Assembly: GCA_965217775.1 (NCBI GenBank)
Contig: CBDCJH010000002.1
Location: 2,016,001-2,080,000, forward strand
DNA: 64,000 bases
Source: Acidobacteriota bacterium
Lineage (GTDB): Bacteria; Acidobacteriota; UBA6911; RPQK01; JAJDTT01
Direction: 5' to 3'
Positions 1 to 9,621 of the stretch are shown piece after piece. Position 1 is the first letter of the stretch. Every line of letters begins with the position of its first letter. The notes below the pieces were generated by a model, which did not search any database, had not been told where the DNA came from, and saw only the letters and a list, made by a program, of their open reading frames with translations. The position numbers were made by a program, and so were the translations under genes.

Positions 1-982
1 ACTCGTCGATGATGATGAAGTCGAAGGTCTCGACGGGAAGGTCCGGAGTGTAGGAGACGGGGACGGGCTCGCTGCGCGGCAGGCGGGCAGACTCGAAGAG
101 CGATTCGTCCTCGTTGGCCGGGTCGTACTCCGGATCGCCCTTGAGGATCGAGTAAAGCCGCTGAATGGTCGTGACGACCACCTTGCTGGCAGGATCGATG
201 GCGTTGCCGCGCAGGTGCTGGACCGGGAACTCCTCGGCAAAGGTGTAGGCGGACCCAGTATCTCGGAACTGCTGGAACTCGTTCAGCGTCTGGCGTCCCA
301 AATTGTTGCGGTCCACCAGGAAGAGGATTCTCTTGGCATTGGCGTGCTTGATGAGGCGGTAGCAGGCTGAGACCGCCGTGAAGGTCTTGCCGCTCCCGGT
401 GGCCATCTGAATCAGTGCGCGGGGGCGGCCGTGGGCGAGCGACCGCTCGAGATTCCGGATGGCCTCGTGCTGGACGGGCCATAGTCTGCCTTGCGGCAAT
501 ACCGGCATCTGCCGGAGTGTCCGGCGCAGTTGTGCCGATCCCAGGTCTTGCTGCCGGATCAGCTCTTCGGGCCGGTGGAAGGTGAAGATCTCCCGGCTGC
601 GCGGGTGTGGGTCGAGGCCGTTGGTGAACTGGGTGACCTTGCCGGTGGACTCGTAGGCAAAGGGAAGGGGGCGGTACCGCGCGGGAATCCGTTCGTCAAG
701 CCCTTCCGTGTAGCGCTTCGACTGGACTACAACCCCTTCGAGAGTGTGCCCCGCGGGCTTCGCCTCGACGACCCCAATGGCCCACCCGTCGGCATAGAGC
801 AGGTAGTCCGCCGACCCGGACTTGATCGTGGTGCCATCTTTCCACTTCAGCGGAAACTCCCGAACGGCCACGCCGCGCCTCGCGTGGATGTACATGGACG
901 CGAAGTCCTGAACCATCCACCCGCAGGCCTCCAACTGCGCGTCGATCTCCTCGCGTGCTCCCTGTTCAGGCGTCAGTGACAA
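1..982 (-). CDS. hsdR: Type I restriction enzyme R subunit (EcoAI/EcoEI-like), N-terminal part; continues beyond the left edge
   Basis: Manual translation (not in the ORF track because there is no stop in the window): start LSLTPEQGAREEIDAQL, nuclease motif ADYLL...VVEAK, Walker A MATGSGKT, RILFLVDRNNL, Walker B FDFIIIDE at the edge. Confidence 0.9.
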   Translation of the reverse strand, partial: MSLTPEQGAREEIDAQLEACGWMVQDFASMYIHARRGVAVREFPLKWKDGTTIKSGSADYLLYADGWAIGVVEAKPAGHTLEGVVVQSKRYTEGLDERIPARYRPLPFAYESTGKVTQFTNGLDPHPRSREIFTFHRPEELIRQQDLGSAQLRRTLRQMPVLPQGRLWPVQHEAIRNLERSLAHGRPRALIQMATGSGKTFTAVSACYRLIKHANAKRILFLVDRNNLGRQTLNEFQQFRDTGSAYTFAEEFPVQHLRGNAIDPASKVVVTTIQRLYSILKGDPEYDPANEDESLFESARLPRSEPVPVSYTPDLPVETFDFIIIDE

Positions 983-1048
983 GGGCGCCTCTTCTTCTCC
1001 AAAGATTTGACGGCCAAATTCATAGCACGAGGAGAAGGGTCGTTCCGT

Positions 1049-3079
1049 TCAATTTCCGGCGCCATTCCCAGGAGGGTCTGAAGCCTCCCCTTCTCCAATC
1101 GCCCGGTGGCCCGCCTCCAGAAGCTGGACGATCCGATCCACGTCGTAGACGCAGCCGCGCCAAGCGCCGCCGCTGGCCGACTGGAGCGCCGCCCAGAGCC
1201 GGGTCTCAGCCGGAAGGCGGGGATGGGGAGCGAGCTGGGGATGCATTTCCCTTCCCTCGAGGATTCGTTCCGCCGCAGACTCGGAAACCTCCGTCCCCTC
1301 GGGTCCCAGGAAGTTGATCCGGCCCTCCAAACGGCGGCGGTCGATGACCAGCTCCAGCAGGTCCCCGTCCCGGACTCGGCCGATGGGTCCGCCGGCCAGC
1401 GCTTCCGGACCGACATGTCCGATGCAGGGACCGGTGGACACCCCCGAGAAACGGGCGTCGGTGAGCACGGGCACGGTCTTGCCCCAGGGGATGAACTTGA
1501 GGGCCGACGTGACCTGATAGATCTCCTCCATTCCGGTGCCTGAGGGACCCAAGCCGGCCAGAACCAGGACGTCGCCCGACCGGACGGACCGGGGTCCCAG
1601 TCCCTTGAGGGCCCTCACCGCCTCCCGCTCCGAGCAGAAGACCCGGGCCGGTCCCCGGTGCCGGTAGACCTGTCGCTCGTCCACCAGACTCGGGTCGATG
1701 GCGGTGGCCTTGATCACCGAACCCTCGGGAGCCAGGTTCCCGGAAGGAAAGACGACGGTGCTGGTGAGTCCGTTCCGGCGGGCTGTCCCGGGGTCCATGA
1801 TGATCTGGTCCACGTCTGCCTCGCCGGACCGCTGCAGCACGCGGCGGCAATCCCGGCGGCGCCGGCTTTCCTGCCACCAGTCCAGCACGTCTCCCAACTT
1901 TTCCCCCGTCACCGTCCGCGCCTCCAGATTCAGGAGGCCCAGGCCCCGAAGGTGGAGCATCACTTCCGGGACACCGCCGGCCAGGAAAACCTGGATGGTG
2001 GGATGGTTGCGAGGCCCGTTGGGCAGTGCGTCCACGAGGCGGGGCGTGCTTCGATTGACCCGGTTCCAATCCTCGACCCGGGGCGGTTTCAGTCCGGCGG
2101 CGTGGGCGATGGCCGGAATATGGAGCAACAGGTTGGTGGAGCCCCCGAATGCCGCATGGACCAGCATGGCGTTCTCAACGGCCGCCGGCGTCAGGATCCG
2201 GGACAGGGGCAGGCTCCGTTCCTTGAGGCGGATGAGCGCCAGCGCCGACCGCCGGGCCGCATCCTTCCAGACCGGCTGTCCCGAAGGACTCAGGGCCGTG
2301 TGAGGCAAGGCCATCCCCAATCCCTCGGCCACCACCTGCGCCGTGGCCGCCGTCCCCAGAAACTGGCAGCCACCGCCCGGCGAGGCGCAGGCCCGGCACC
2401 CCATGGCCGCGGCGTCCTGCAGGGTGATGAGTCCGTGGGCGAAACGGGCGCCGATGGTCTGCACCGTTCCCGCATCCTCCCCGTTGGTGGGAGGCAGCGT
2501 GACGCCGCCGGGGACGATGACTCCCGGCAACTCGGCACAGCCCGCCAGCGCCATGAGGACGGCGGGCAGCCCCTTGTCGCAAGTTCCGATCCCCAGGACG
2601 CCCTGTCGAGTCGGGAGAGATCTGATGAGCCGCCTCAGGACGGTAGCGGCGTCGTTGCGGTAGGGGAGGCTGTCCATCATCCCCTCCGTGCCCTGGCTCC
2701 GGCCGTCGCAGGGGTCGCTGCAATAGGCGGCATAGGGGCGGGCTCCCTGGTCCCGGAAGACGCCGGCTGCGGCCGCCGCCAGCAGGCCGATCTCCCAGTG
2801 CCCCGTGTGGTACCCCAAGGCCAGCGGAGTCCCGTCGCCGTCCCGCAGGCCGCCTTGGGTGCTCAGGATCAGATAGGCGTCCCGGTCGACCTTCCCGGGA
2901 CTCCAACCCATCCCCACATCCTGGGTCCAGCCGAAGAGATTACCGCTGGGCTCATGGAGCAGCATCTCCTCGGTCAAGGGGAGCTGACCCTCCGGTCCCG
3001 CGCTCCGGGTCCGCACCCCCGACCACTCCACGCCCGACCCGACGACGTCCCCAAATGAGATCTTCTTCACGTCCCCCAC
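1049..3079 (-). CDS. YjhG/YagF-family D-xylonate dehydratase (IlvD/Edd superfamily)
   Basis: Motifs [49 protein letters not shown]. Confidence 0.85.
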   Translation of the reverse strand: MGDVKKISFGDVVGSGVEWSGVRTRSAGPEGQLPLTEEMLLHEPSGNLFGWTQDVGMGWSPGKVDRDAYLILSTQGGLRDGDGTPLALGYHTGHWEIGLLAAAAAGVFRDQGARPYAAYCSDPCDGRSQGTEGMMDSLPYRNDAATVLRRLIRSLPTRQGVLGIGTCDKGLPAVLMALAGCAELPGVIVPGGVTLPPTNGEDAGTVQTIGARFAHGLITLQDAAAMGCRACASPGGGCQFLGTAATAQVVAEGLGMALPHTALSPSGQPVWKDAARRSALALIRLKERSLPLSRILTPAAVENAMLVHAAFGGSTNLLLHIPAIAHAAGLKPPRVEDWNRVNRSTPRLVDALPNGPRNHPTIQVFLAGGVPEVMLHLRGLGLLNLEARTVTGEKLGDVLDWWQESRRRRDCRRVLQRSGEADVDQIIMDPGTARRNGLTSTVVFPSGNLAPEGSVIKATAIDPSLVDERQVYRHRGPARVFCSEREAVRALKGLGPRSVRSGDVLVLAGLGPSGTGMEEIYQVTSALKFIPWGKTVPVLTDARFSGVSTGPCIGHVGPEALAGGPIGRVRDGDLLELVIDRRRLEGRINFLGPEGTEVSESAAERILEGREMHPQLAPHPRLPAETRLWAALQSASGGAWRGCVYDVDRIVQLLEAGHRAIGEGEASDPPGNGAGN

Positions 3080-3147
3080 AGCAAGCCAAGTCTACCAGCC
3101 ACAAACCGAACTCTCGTGCAACGTCATCCACCGGGGCGAATCGAACC

Positions 3148-3395
3148 GTAGGGGCACCCCTTGTGTGTATGCAGTTCTCGATGGCCCGAAGTGTGCAATT
3201 TTCAATGGTCATTGACACAACGGCCATGGACCAACTGTAAAGGATGTCCTGATACAACTTGTAAAGGATGTCTTGATACCAAACACCTTGTGGGTGCCCT
3301 CTTTCGCGCGAGGGGTTGCCGACAGGGGGAAAACGAACACGAGGGGCGCACTACCACTTTGGAACGAAGAGGGCGACCAAAAGGGCCGCCCCTAC
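3148..3395. repeat. Inverted pair of GTAG-type REP palindromes; the left copy is interrupted by an insertion
   Basis: GTAGGGGCACCCCTTGTG (3148) ... CCTTGTGGGTGCCC (3286), with inverted partner GGGCGACCAAAAGGGCCGCCCCTAC (3371-3395). Confidence 0.65.
3166..3285. mobile_element. IS-end scar (IS21-like and IS481-like terminal motifs), no transposase
   Basis: TGT...ACA ends flanked by a CCTTGTG duplication; tandem TGTAAAGGATGTC(C/T)TGATAC; internal ...GTGTGCAATTTTCAATGGTCATTGACA end. Confidence 0.55.
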
Positions 3396-3452
3396 GCTTT
3401 CTTCACTTCTCTCCGGAAGGTAGACTTCGGCCCGCCGGACCGGACACGATCC

Positions 3453-4310
3453 ATGAATAACCTTTGGGCCCTCACGATTCCTTCGTTGTCTTTCCTGCTG
3501 CTGGGTTGTTCCACCGGAACCCCCCCGGGGGGCTTCGAAGGCTCCGGCCCCGTCCGCATCGGATATTCCAACGAGGCGCCATTCGCCTACTACGACAACC
3601 GGACCGGAAAACTGACCGGCGAGTCGGTGGAGGTGACGCGGCGTGTCCTGGCGGAAATGGGCATCACCCGGGTCGAGGGTGTCATCACCGAGTTCGCATC
3701 CCTCATCCCAGGACTCAAGGCCGGACGCTTCGACCTGATCGCCGCCGGTATGTGGATCCTTCCGCCCCGGTGCCGGGAGATCCTCTTTTCCGAACCCCTC
3801 TCCTGCATCCTCCAGGGAATGCTGGTGCGGAAGGGCAATCCGCTGAACCTCCACAGCTATCGGGACGTGACCCGTCATGAGAGCGCCCGTCTGGGCGTGG
3901 TGGCCGGGGGTGTGGAGCTCATGTTCGCCCGAGCCGCCGGCATTCCCGAATCACGGCTTTTCATCTTTCCGGACCAGCCCAGCGCCGTGGCCGGCCTCCA
4001 GGCGGGACGGGTGGACGCCAATGCAGGTCCGGCGCCGGCCCACCGGGATCTGCTGCTTAAACCCTCTACCTCGGGACTCGAGGCGATCCGTTCTTTCGCC
4101 CAGCCGCAGGCCTCCGGACTCCCGGCCCGCACCTGTAGCGGGATCGGTTTCCGTAAGGGGGACAAGCAGCACCTGGACGAATTCAACCGTCACCTCACCG
4201 CCTTCATCGGAACTCCCGAACATCTGGAGTTGATTCGCAGTTTCGGGTTTACGGAAGCCGAGCTCCCCACCGGAATGACGACGGAAGAGCTCTGCACCGG
4301 CGCTCCCTGA
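3453..4310 (+). CDS. ehuB: Ectoine/hydroxyectoine-type polar amino acid ABC transporter substrate-binding lipoprotein
   Basis: Lipobox LLLGC; RIGYSNEAPFAY, TEFASLIPGLKAGRFD; followed by two permeases. Confidence 0.8.
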   Translation: MNNLWALTIPSLSFLLLGCSTGTPPGGFEGSGPVRIGYSNEAPFAYYDNRTGKLTGESVEVTRRVLAEMGITRVEGVITEFASLIPGLKAGRFDLIAAGMWILPPRCREILFSEPLSCILQGMLVRKGNPLNLHSYRDVTRHESARLGVVAGGVELMFARAAGIPESRLFIFPDQPSAVAGLQAGRVDANAGPAPAHRDLLLKPSTSGLEAIRSFAQPQASGLPARTCSGIGFRKGDKQHLDEFNRHLTAFIGTPEHLELIRSFGFTEAELPTGMTTEELCTGAP

Positions 4311-4325
4311 TCTTTTTCGACCAAG

Positions 4326-4988
4326 ATGCCGCCGCCTCTGGACCTTCTTCCCAGCCTCCTGACGGGACTTTTGGTGACGCTCCAGATCACCGCGGGCGCC
4401 GCGGTGGTGGCGCTGGTTTCCTCCTTCCTGGCGGGACTGGGCCGGCTCTCCGGGCGCAGAACGGTCCGGGGGATCTGGCGCCTTTACGTCGACGTCTTCC
4501 GGGGAACCTCGGCCCTGGTCCAGCTCTTCTGGGCCTACTTCGCTCTTCCCCTGCTGGGACTCCGGCTGGAGGCGGTGACGGTGGGAATCCTGGTCTTGGG
4601 CCTGAACCTGGGATCGTACGGATCGGAGATCGTCCGGTCGGCGATCCGAAGCGTCTCCCAGTCCCAGTACGATGCCGCCGCGGCTTTAAACCTGAGCCGC
4701 CGCCAGACGCTCTGGAGAATCATCCTGCCGCAGGCCGCGTTGCACATGATTCCCCCCTTCGGGAACCTTTTCATCGAACTCCTCAAGGGAACGGCCCTCG
4801 TCTCCCTCATCAGCCTGGCAGACCTCACGTTCCGGGGGCAGACGCTACGGGCGGCCACCTTGCGTTCCGGCGAAATCTTCGCCCTGATTCTGGTCCTCTA
4901 CTTCCTGTTGGCCCAGGTGATTGCGAGAGGAATGAGATTTCTCGAGTCCAGGTTGGCGGCGGGACGCGATTCCGGGGGTGCGGCGTGA
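4326..4988 (+). CDS. ehuC: Ectoine-type ABC transporter permease
   Basis: YVDVFRGTSALVQLFW, EAA loop, PPFGNLFIELLKGTALVS. Confidence 0.8.
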   Translation: MPPPLDLLPSLLTGLLVTLQITAGAAVVALVSSFLAGLGRLSGRRTVRGIWRLYVDVFRGTSALVQLFWAYFALPLLGLRLEAVTVGILVLGLNLGSYGSEIVRSAIRSVSQSQYDAAAALNLSRRQTLWRIILPQAALHMIPPFGNLFIELLKGTALVSLISLADLTFRGQTLRAATLRSGEIFALILVLYFLLAQVIARGMRFLESRLAAGRDSGGAA

Positions 4989-5644
4989 TCTTCGACTGGG
5001 GATTCGCCCTGGAGATCCTGCCCGCGCTGCTGCGAGCCGGTCTGGTGACGCTCCAGTGCACCGTAGTGGGCATGATCCTGGCGCTGGTGCTGGGCTTGGG
5101 CTGGGCCCTCCTGCGCCGGTCTTCCCGCCGCATCCTGGCCTGGCCGGCCAATTGGATCGTGGAGTTCGTCCGCAGCACTCCGCTCCTGGTGCAGGTCTAC
5201 TTCCTCTTTTACGTCCTGCCCGAATTCGGAATCTCCTGGTCGCCCTTCGTCACCGGCGCCCTGGGTCTGGGGCTGCATTACAGCGCCTATACCGCCGAGG
5301 TCTACCGGGCCGGCATCGACAACGTCCCGTCCGGCCAATGGGAAGCCGCCCGGGCCCTGAATCTGGGCTGGATGGAGACCTGGAGGTCAGTCATTCTGCC
5401 CCAAGCGGTACCTCCCATGGTCCCGGCCTTGGGAAATTACCTGGTAGGCATGTTCAAGGAGACCCCCATCCTGGCCGCTATCACGGTCCAGGAACTGCTC
5501 CAGACCGCCAAGCTCATCGGCGCCGAGAGCTTCCGGTACCTGGAACCCTTGACCCTGGTGGGCCTCCTCTTTCTGCTGATCAGCCTTTCCTCGGCGCAAC
5601 TGATCGGGTGGCTGGAATCCCGGACGGCCCAGCGGCCTGTGTGA
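4985..5644 (+). CDS. ehuD: Ectoine-type ABC transporter permease
   Basis: MIFDWGFALEILP, EFVRSTPLLVQ, GQWEAARAL, GNYLVGMFKETP. Confidence 0.8.
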   Translation: MIFDWGFALEILPALLRAGLVTLQCTVVGMILALVLGLGWALLRRSSRRILAWPANWIVEFVRSTPLLVQVYFLFYVLPEFGISWSPFVTGALGLGLHYSAYTAEVYRAGIDNVPSGQWEAARALNLGWMETWRSVILPQAVPPMVPALGNYLVGMFKETPILAAITVQELLQTAKLIGAESFRYLEPLTLVGLLFLLISLSSAQLIGWLESRTAQRPV

Positions 5645-5651
5645 ATCAAAT

Positions 5652-6894
5652 GGGGCTTATATACTAAGTGACCTTGGCATACAGTTCTGGCACCACGCTT
5701 TCCCCAACGAGATACGTTCCGGTGCCCAGGGCAAGAACCCCAGCCCTGAGAATGTTCAGGGCGGCATTGTGGTCCCTGTCCATTCCAAGTCCGCAGGCCC
5801 TGCACCGGAAGGTTTCGCTCCGTCCTGGATCGTGGCGGGCGCCGCACCGGTGGCAGTCCTGCGATGTATATGCGGGATTCACTTCTACGAACTCCCGACC
5901 GGCCCATTCTGCCTTGTACTGGAGTTGATTCCGCAGAAGCCCCCATGATTGCGTCATTATTTCTCGATTCAGCCCCTTCTTCTTCGAGCCCTTCGTTACC
6001 ATCCCTTGGATGTTCAGCTTCTCCACAGCGATCAGACCGTGCTCACGAATGATCCTGGTGGAGAGACGATGGCAGGCATTACGGTTTCGGACCGATTCCC
6101 GGTGACGGAGCCGAGATAGCTGTACGATCCGCTTCCGTCTGGTCTTGGAAATCTTCTTGCACCTGGAGACCTTTCTCTGCTGCTTTCGGATCTCCCCCCA
6201 GTCCCGTCTATTCCGTTCGATCCTCTCACCCGTGGACAGCACCGCTCGCTTGCGGACTCCCAGGTCGATCCCCACCGAAGACTCGCATTTCGGTAGCGGC
6301 GGCTTCTCCACCTCGTAGGTCAGGTCCACATACACCCGGTTCGGCTTGCGGACAATCCGCAACGCTTTCAACGGGCATCCGTCCGGCAACGGCCGGGACG
6401 GAAAGATCCGGATCGTCGGGAAGCCCTTGGGCCGGATGGCGTAGCCCCGAGCGCGCTTCTTCACCCGGGTCGCCTTCGGGTCGACGACGTCGATGGTCTC
6501 CATCCTCGCAATGGGCCGGAATCGAGGATACCCCGGCTTCTCCCCCGCCTTGCAGCGACGGAAGAACGCCTTGAAGGCCCGGTCCAACCGCATCAACATC
6601 CCACGCTCCGCCTTGACCGCCACCGACCCGAGCCCCTCCGGATCGTCCTTCCTCTGGGAGGTCAACCCCTTCATCTGATCGTACAGGGTCACGCCGCGTT
6701 GCTCGGATTCCCAGGCCGTCCTGCGTTCCTCCAGTGCAGCGTTGTACAGCCGATTCAGGATGGACCTCACCCCGTCCAACCGCCGGATTCCACCCTTGGA
6801 CAGCTTGGCTCTGCACTGGATAGTTGCGTGGACTTTCATGGCAGGAATTGTAACCCATCAGCCTGAATTCTCGGCACTTACGTATATAATCCCC
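5652..6894 (-). mobile_element. Non-autonomous TIR element (IS1595-like ends) carrying only tnpB
   Basis: TIR GGGGCTTATATACTAAGTGAC (5652-5672) versus GCACTTACGTATATAATCCCC (6874-6894); direct repeat AATCAAAT at 5644-5651 and 6895-6902. Confidence 0.8.
5664..6839 (-). CDS. tnpB: RNA-guided endonuclease TnpB
   Basis: LYNAALEER, KPGYPRFR, RuvC-I VGIDLG, RuvC-II IAVEKL, Zn ribbon CHRC...CRAC, RuvC-III DRDHNAALNI. Confidence 0.93.
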   Translation of the reverse strand: MKVHATIQCRAKLSKGGIRRLDGVRSILNRLYNAALEERRTAWESEQRGVTLYDQMKGLTSQRKDDPEGLGSVAVKAERGMLMRLDRAFKAFFRRCKAGEKPGYPRFRPIARMETIDVVDPKATRVKKRARGYAIRPKGFPTIRIFPSRPLPDGCPLKALRIVRKPNRVYVDLTYEVEKPPLPKCESSVGIDLGVRKRAVLSTGERIERNRRDWGEIRKQQRKVSRCKKISKTRRKRIVQLSRLRHRESVRNRNACHRLSTRIIREHGLIAVEKLNIQGMVTKGSKKKGLNREIMTQSWGLLRNQLQYKAEWAGREFVEVNPAYTSQDCHRCGARHDPGRSETFRCRACGLGMDRDHNAALNILRAGVLALGTGTYLVGESVVPELYAKVT

Positions 6895-6943
6895 AATCAA
6901 ATCCCATTCCCGCCCCTGCGGTCCCGCCACAGTCTCGATCAGG

Positions 6944-6988
6944 TCCTCCTGCGCGGCCAGGAAGGTCAACCCGGAGACGACGTAGCTC
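6944..6988. repeat. Short degenerate duplicate of an internal eboC segment (10866-10907)
   Basis: TCCTCCTGCGCGGCCAGGAAGGTCAACCCGGAGACGACGTAGCTC versus TCCTCCTGGGCGGCCAGGAAGGTCAACCCGGCGACGTAGCTC. Confidence 0.75.
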
Positions 6989-7137
6989 GGAGGTTGACAC
7001 TTGTCCCCCAATCGGGCGAGCTAATCGGCAACGCGCCGGTTCAACTTCGGAGCCGGCCTTGTCCGACCGGGCTGCTCGGACCGCAGTTCCGAGTGCCGTC
7101 CAAGCCAGCCTGCTATCCAGCCCGAAGGGAGCCCGCC

Positions 7138-7985
7138 ATGTTTAAACGCACCTCTGTCCTTTTTTTCGCCATGCTTGCATTCGCCGCCCCGGCCCGGGCG
7201 CAGAGCGAGACTGCCCGCTCGGGGGAACGGTGACCGACGAGAGACGCCAACAACTACTTCGCCAACAAGTCGGAGATCGGAAAGCTCCCCTTCAAACGAC
7301 ACCAGTTCGGTGCCACCGTGGGCGGACCCATCCTGCCGAACCGGACCTTCTTTTTCTTCGGCTACGAGGCGATGCGGGATCGCACCTCTCGGGCCCGATC
7401 CTTGAACTCCCCCACCACCAACGAGCGGCGCGGCGACTTCAGCCCGGACGGGGTCCTGCTGGGCCGGGACATCTTCGATCCCTTCAACTTGATGGAGGGA
7501 CGGAGGGTCCGGTTTCCCAACAACACCATTCCTCAGGACCGCTTCAACCCGGTGACGCAGAACATCATGAACAGCATGTTCGCGCCTTCGACTTCCCGCA
7601 CGGACAGCAGACGGTCGTCGGCTGGACCAAGCAGTTCGGGGCCTCCGTCACCAACGTGGCCAACTTCCCGCAACTGACGGGAGAAGCCTTCGGCGCGCAG
7701 GTGCGGTACGACACCCGGTGCTTCTCAATCAATCCGACCGATTACGGCAACTCGGTGGTCAATCCCATCTTCAGGGACGGTATCGTGAACCTGGATTTCG
7801 GCATGATGGAGCGCTTTTCTTTCTGGGAAAGCCGATACCTGGAGTTCCGGGCCGATGCCTTCAACCCGCTCACCAACGTCAACCTGGGAGGGCCGTCCGG
7901 AAGCGTCACCAGCGGAAGCTTCGGGCGCGTCAGCCCGGCCGCCATGGCCAGGCAGATCCAACTGGTCCTGAGGATCGTTTTTTGG
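7138..7985 (+). pseudogene. Deleted and frameshifted TonB-dependent receptor (Oar/CarboxypepD_reg type)
   Basis: Signal peptide MFKRTSVLFFAMLAFAAPARAQ; HQFGATVGGPILPNRTFFFFGYE; C-terminal LEFRADAFN...ARQIQLVLRIVF; pieces lie in different frames and total far less than a full receptor. Confidence 0.8.
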
Positions 7986-8064
7986 AGAGTAGATTCGGAA
8001 TCAGTCCGGTCCTTCGCGCCCGGTCTGCCTCGACCGGGCGCGAAGGACACGGGACCGACCCGTC

Positions 8065-9561
8065 CTATCGGAACCGGATCGAATACAAGTCCGCGTCTTT
8101 CATGACCAGGCGGAGGCGAACCGGCTGACCTGCCAGTTTGCTGACGTTGCGGCCTCCCTGCCATGAGACCACCCGCTCGATGTGGTCTCCGATGATCTCC
8201 GGACAGTCAGCCAAGGCGAAACCGGAGATGGGCTTGCCCGCCGCGTCCTGGATCTCCACCCGGAGGCTACCGGCGGCGGCGGTCGAGTAGTTGATTGTCA
8301 GTTCGCTGCCCTCGAACTTCAGCGGTCTGGTCAACAGCTCCCCACCCGAATAGGGAGCCCTCACCGAAACGAAACCGTCGGTCCTGAGGGTCAGACGCTC
8401 GATGTGATTGGACTTCTGACCGAAGTGGCGGTTCAGGTAAATGGATATCTCCGCGGGACCGGTCGGAACGATGCCCATGCCCGGGTAGTTGGTGCGGGTG
8501 GTCCAGTTCCGGGGACCGAGGCCCGGACGGATGAATCCTTCCCGGAAAGTGCGATCCACGTTCTTTCCTCCCCGGGAGGTCATGAGTATGGTTTCCGAAC
8601 AGTCACGCCAGATTTTCTCTCTCAATTTGGCGGACTTGGCCTCGGCGTCAGTCAGCGCCTGGCGGTCCGGCAGGAACCGCGCGACCAGGAGAAGATAGAT
8701 GTGGGGCGCGCGAAAATAGGCGCTCGCTCCGCATTCGTAGAATTGCTCCTCTTCGGTGGGCGGATGACTCCCGTAGTCCAAGTGCTCGAACCCACTCCAG
8801 TCGAGGAAGTCGGGCGACGTGGACCGGCCGATGGTGCGGATCAGGTTGCCTGACCGCTTGTCGTCAATCCGCGCATACTGGATGTACAGTTGCTCGCTCT
8901 CGCTCCAGAAGGGCTGGGTCAACCGGTCGCCTGCGTAGACCCGTTCCTCCCGCATCAGCTTCCAATTCAGACCGTCGCCGGAAGCGTAGGCCCGAACACC
9001 CACGTCCACGTCGAGCCGGGGCGGGGATCTCAAGCCCTTGAACCGTTGAGACGGGGGAACTCCCGGGCGGGTGTCCAGAAAAGGAATGAACGCCTGGTCC
9101 TTGAAGAGCGCGTTGTTGTTACGGGTCTTCTCCAGTCGAAAACGAGCCGGCCACTCGATCTCGATCCGGCGCAGGTTCGGCTTGGTCCAGTGGATGCCAT
9201 CTTCGCTGACGGCGTAGCACTGGTGCTCCACCACGAACGGATCCCCCCTTTGGTAGTCCGCAAAACCGCGGTAATACATGTGATACTTCTCGGGACCCTT
9301 GACCATCGCCGGGATGAAGGCGCTCCGGCCCTCCCAGGGTTCGTCGTATCGGAGCGCCACACCAGCCGGCCGGGGCGAGTGCAATTGGAGACGCACTCCG
9401 TCCAGGCGGTCAATCAGGTGATGATCGACGAACAGCTCCAGCCGCGACCCGATGTCCACAGGTTCGGAATGCCCGGCGGCGGATCCAACTTCCGGCAGGC
9501 GCACAGCCAGAAAAACCACCGCCCAGACGACCGGTCCGACGTCAAGCCGAATCATTCTCAT
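8065..9561 (-). CDS. Secreted glycoside-hydrolase-like protein (five-bladed propeller plus C-terminal beta-sandwich)
   Basis: Signal peptide; LELFVDHHLI, YAVSEDGIHWTKP, LRTDGFVS, ADLYSIRF; paralogue at 49318. Confidence 0.6.
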   Translation of the reverse strand: MRMIRLDVGPVVWAVVFLAVRLPEVGSAAGHSEPVDIGSRLELFVDHHLIDRLDGVRLQLHSPRPAGVALRYDEPWEGRSAFIPAMVKGPEKYHMYYRGFADYQRGDPFVVEHQCYAVSEDGIHWTKPNLRRIEIEWPARFRLEKTRNNNALFKDQAFIPFLDTRPGVPPSQRFKGLRSPPRLDVDVGVRAYASGDGLNWKLMREERVYAGDRLTQPFWSESEQLYIQYARIDDKRSGNLIRTIGRSTSPDFLDWSGFEHLDYGSHPPTEEEQFYECGASAYFRAPHIYLLLVARFLPDRQALTDAEAKSAKLREKIWRDCSETILMTSRGGKNVDRTFREGFIRPGLGPRNWTTRTNYPGMGIVPTGPAEISIYLNRHFGQKSNHIERLTLRTDGFVSVRAPYSGGELLTRPLKFEGSELTINYSTAAAGSLRVEIQDAAGKPISGFALADCPEIIGDHIERVVSWQGGRNVSKLAGQPVRLRLVMKDADLYSIRFR

Positions 9562-9621
9562 TGCACCTGCCTTTCACGGGGAAGGCCCGGAATCATCCCG
9601 GTCCGCCACCGGCCGATTCCA

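Noticed and set aside
5664-6839. TnpB as a Cas12f-type CRISPR effector
   Set aside because: There is no repeat-spacer array nearby, and the gene is bounded by transposon-like ends.
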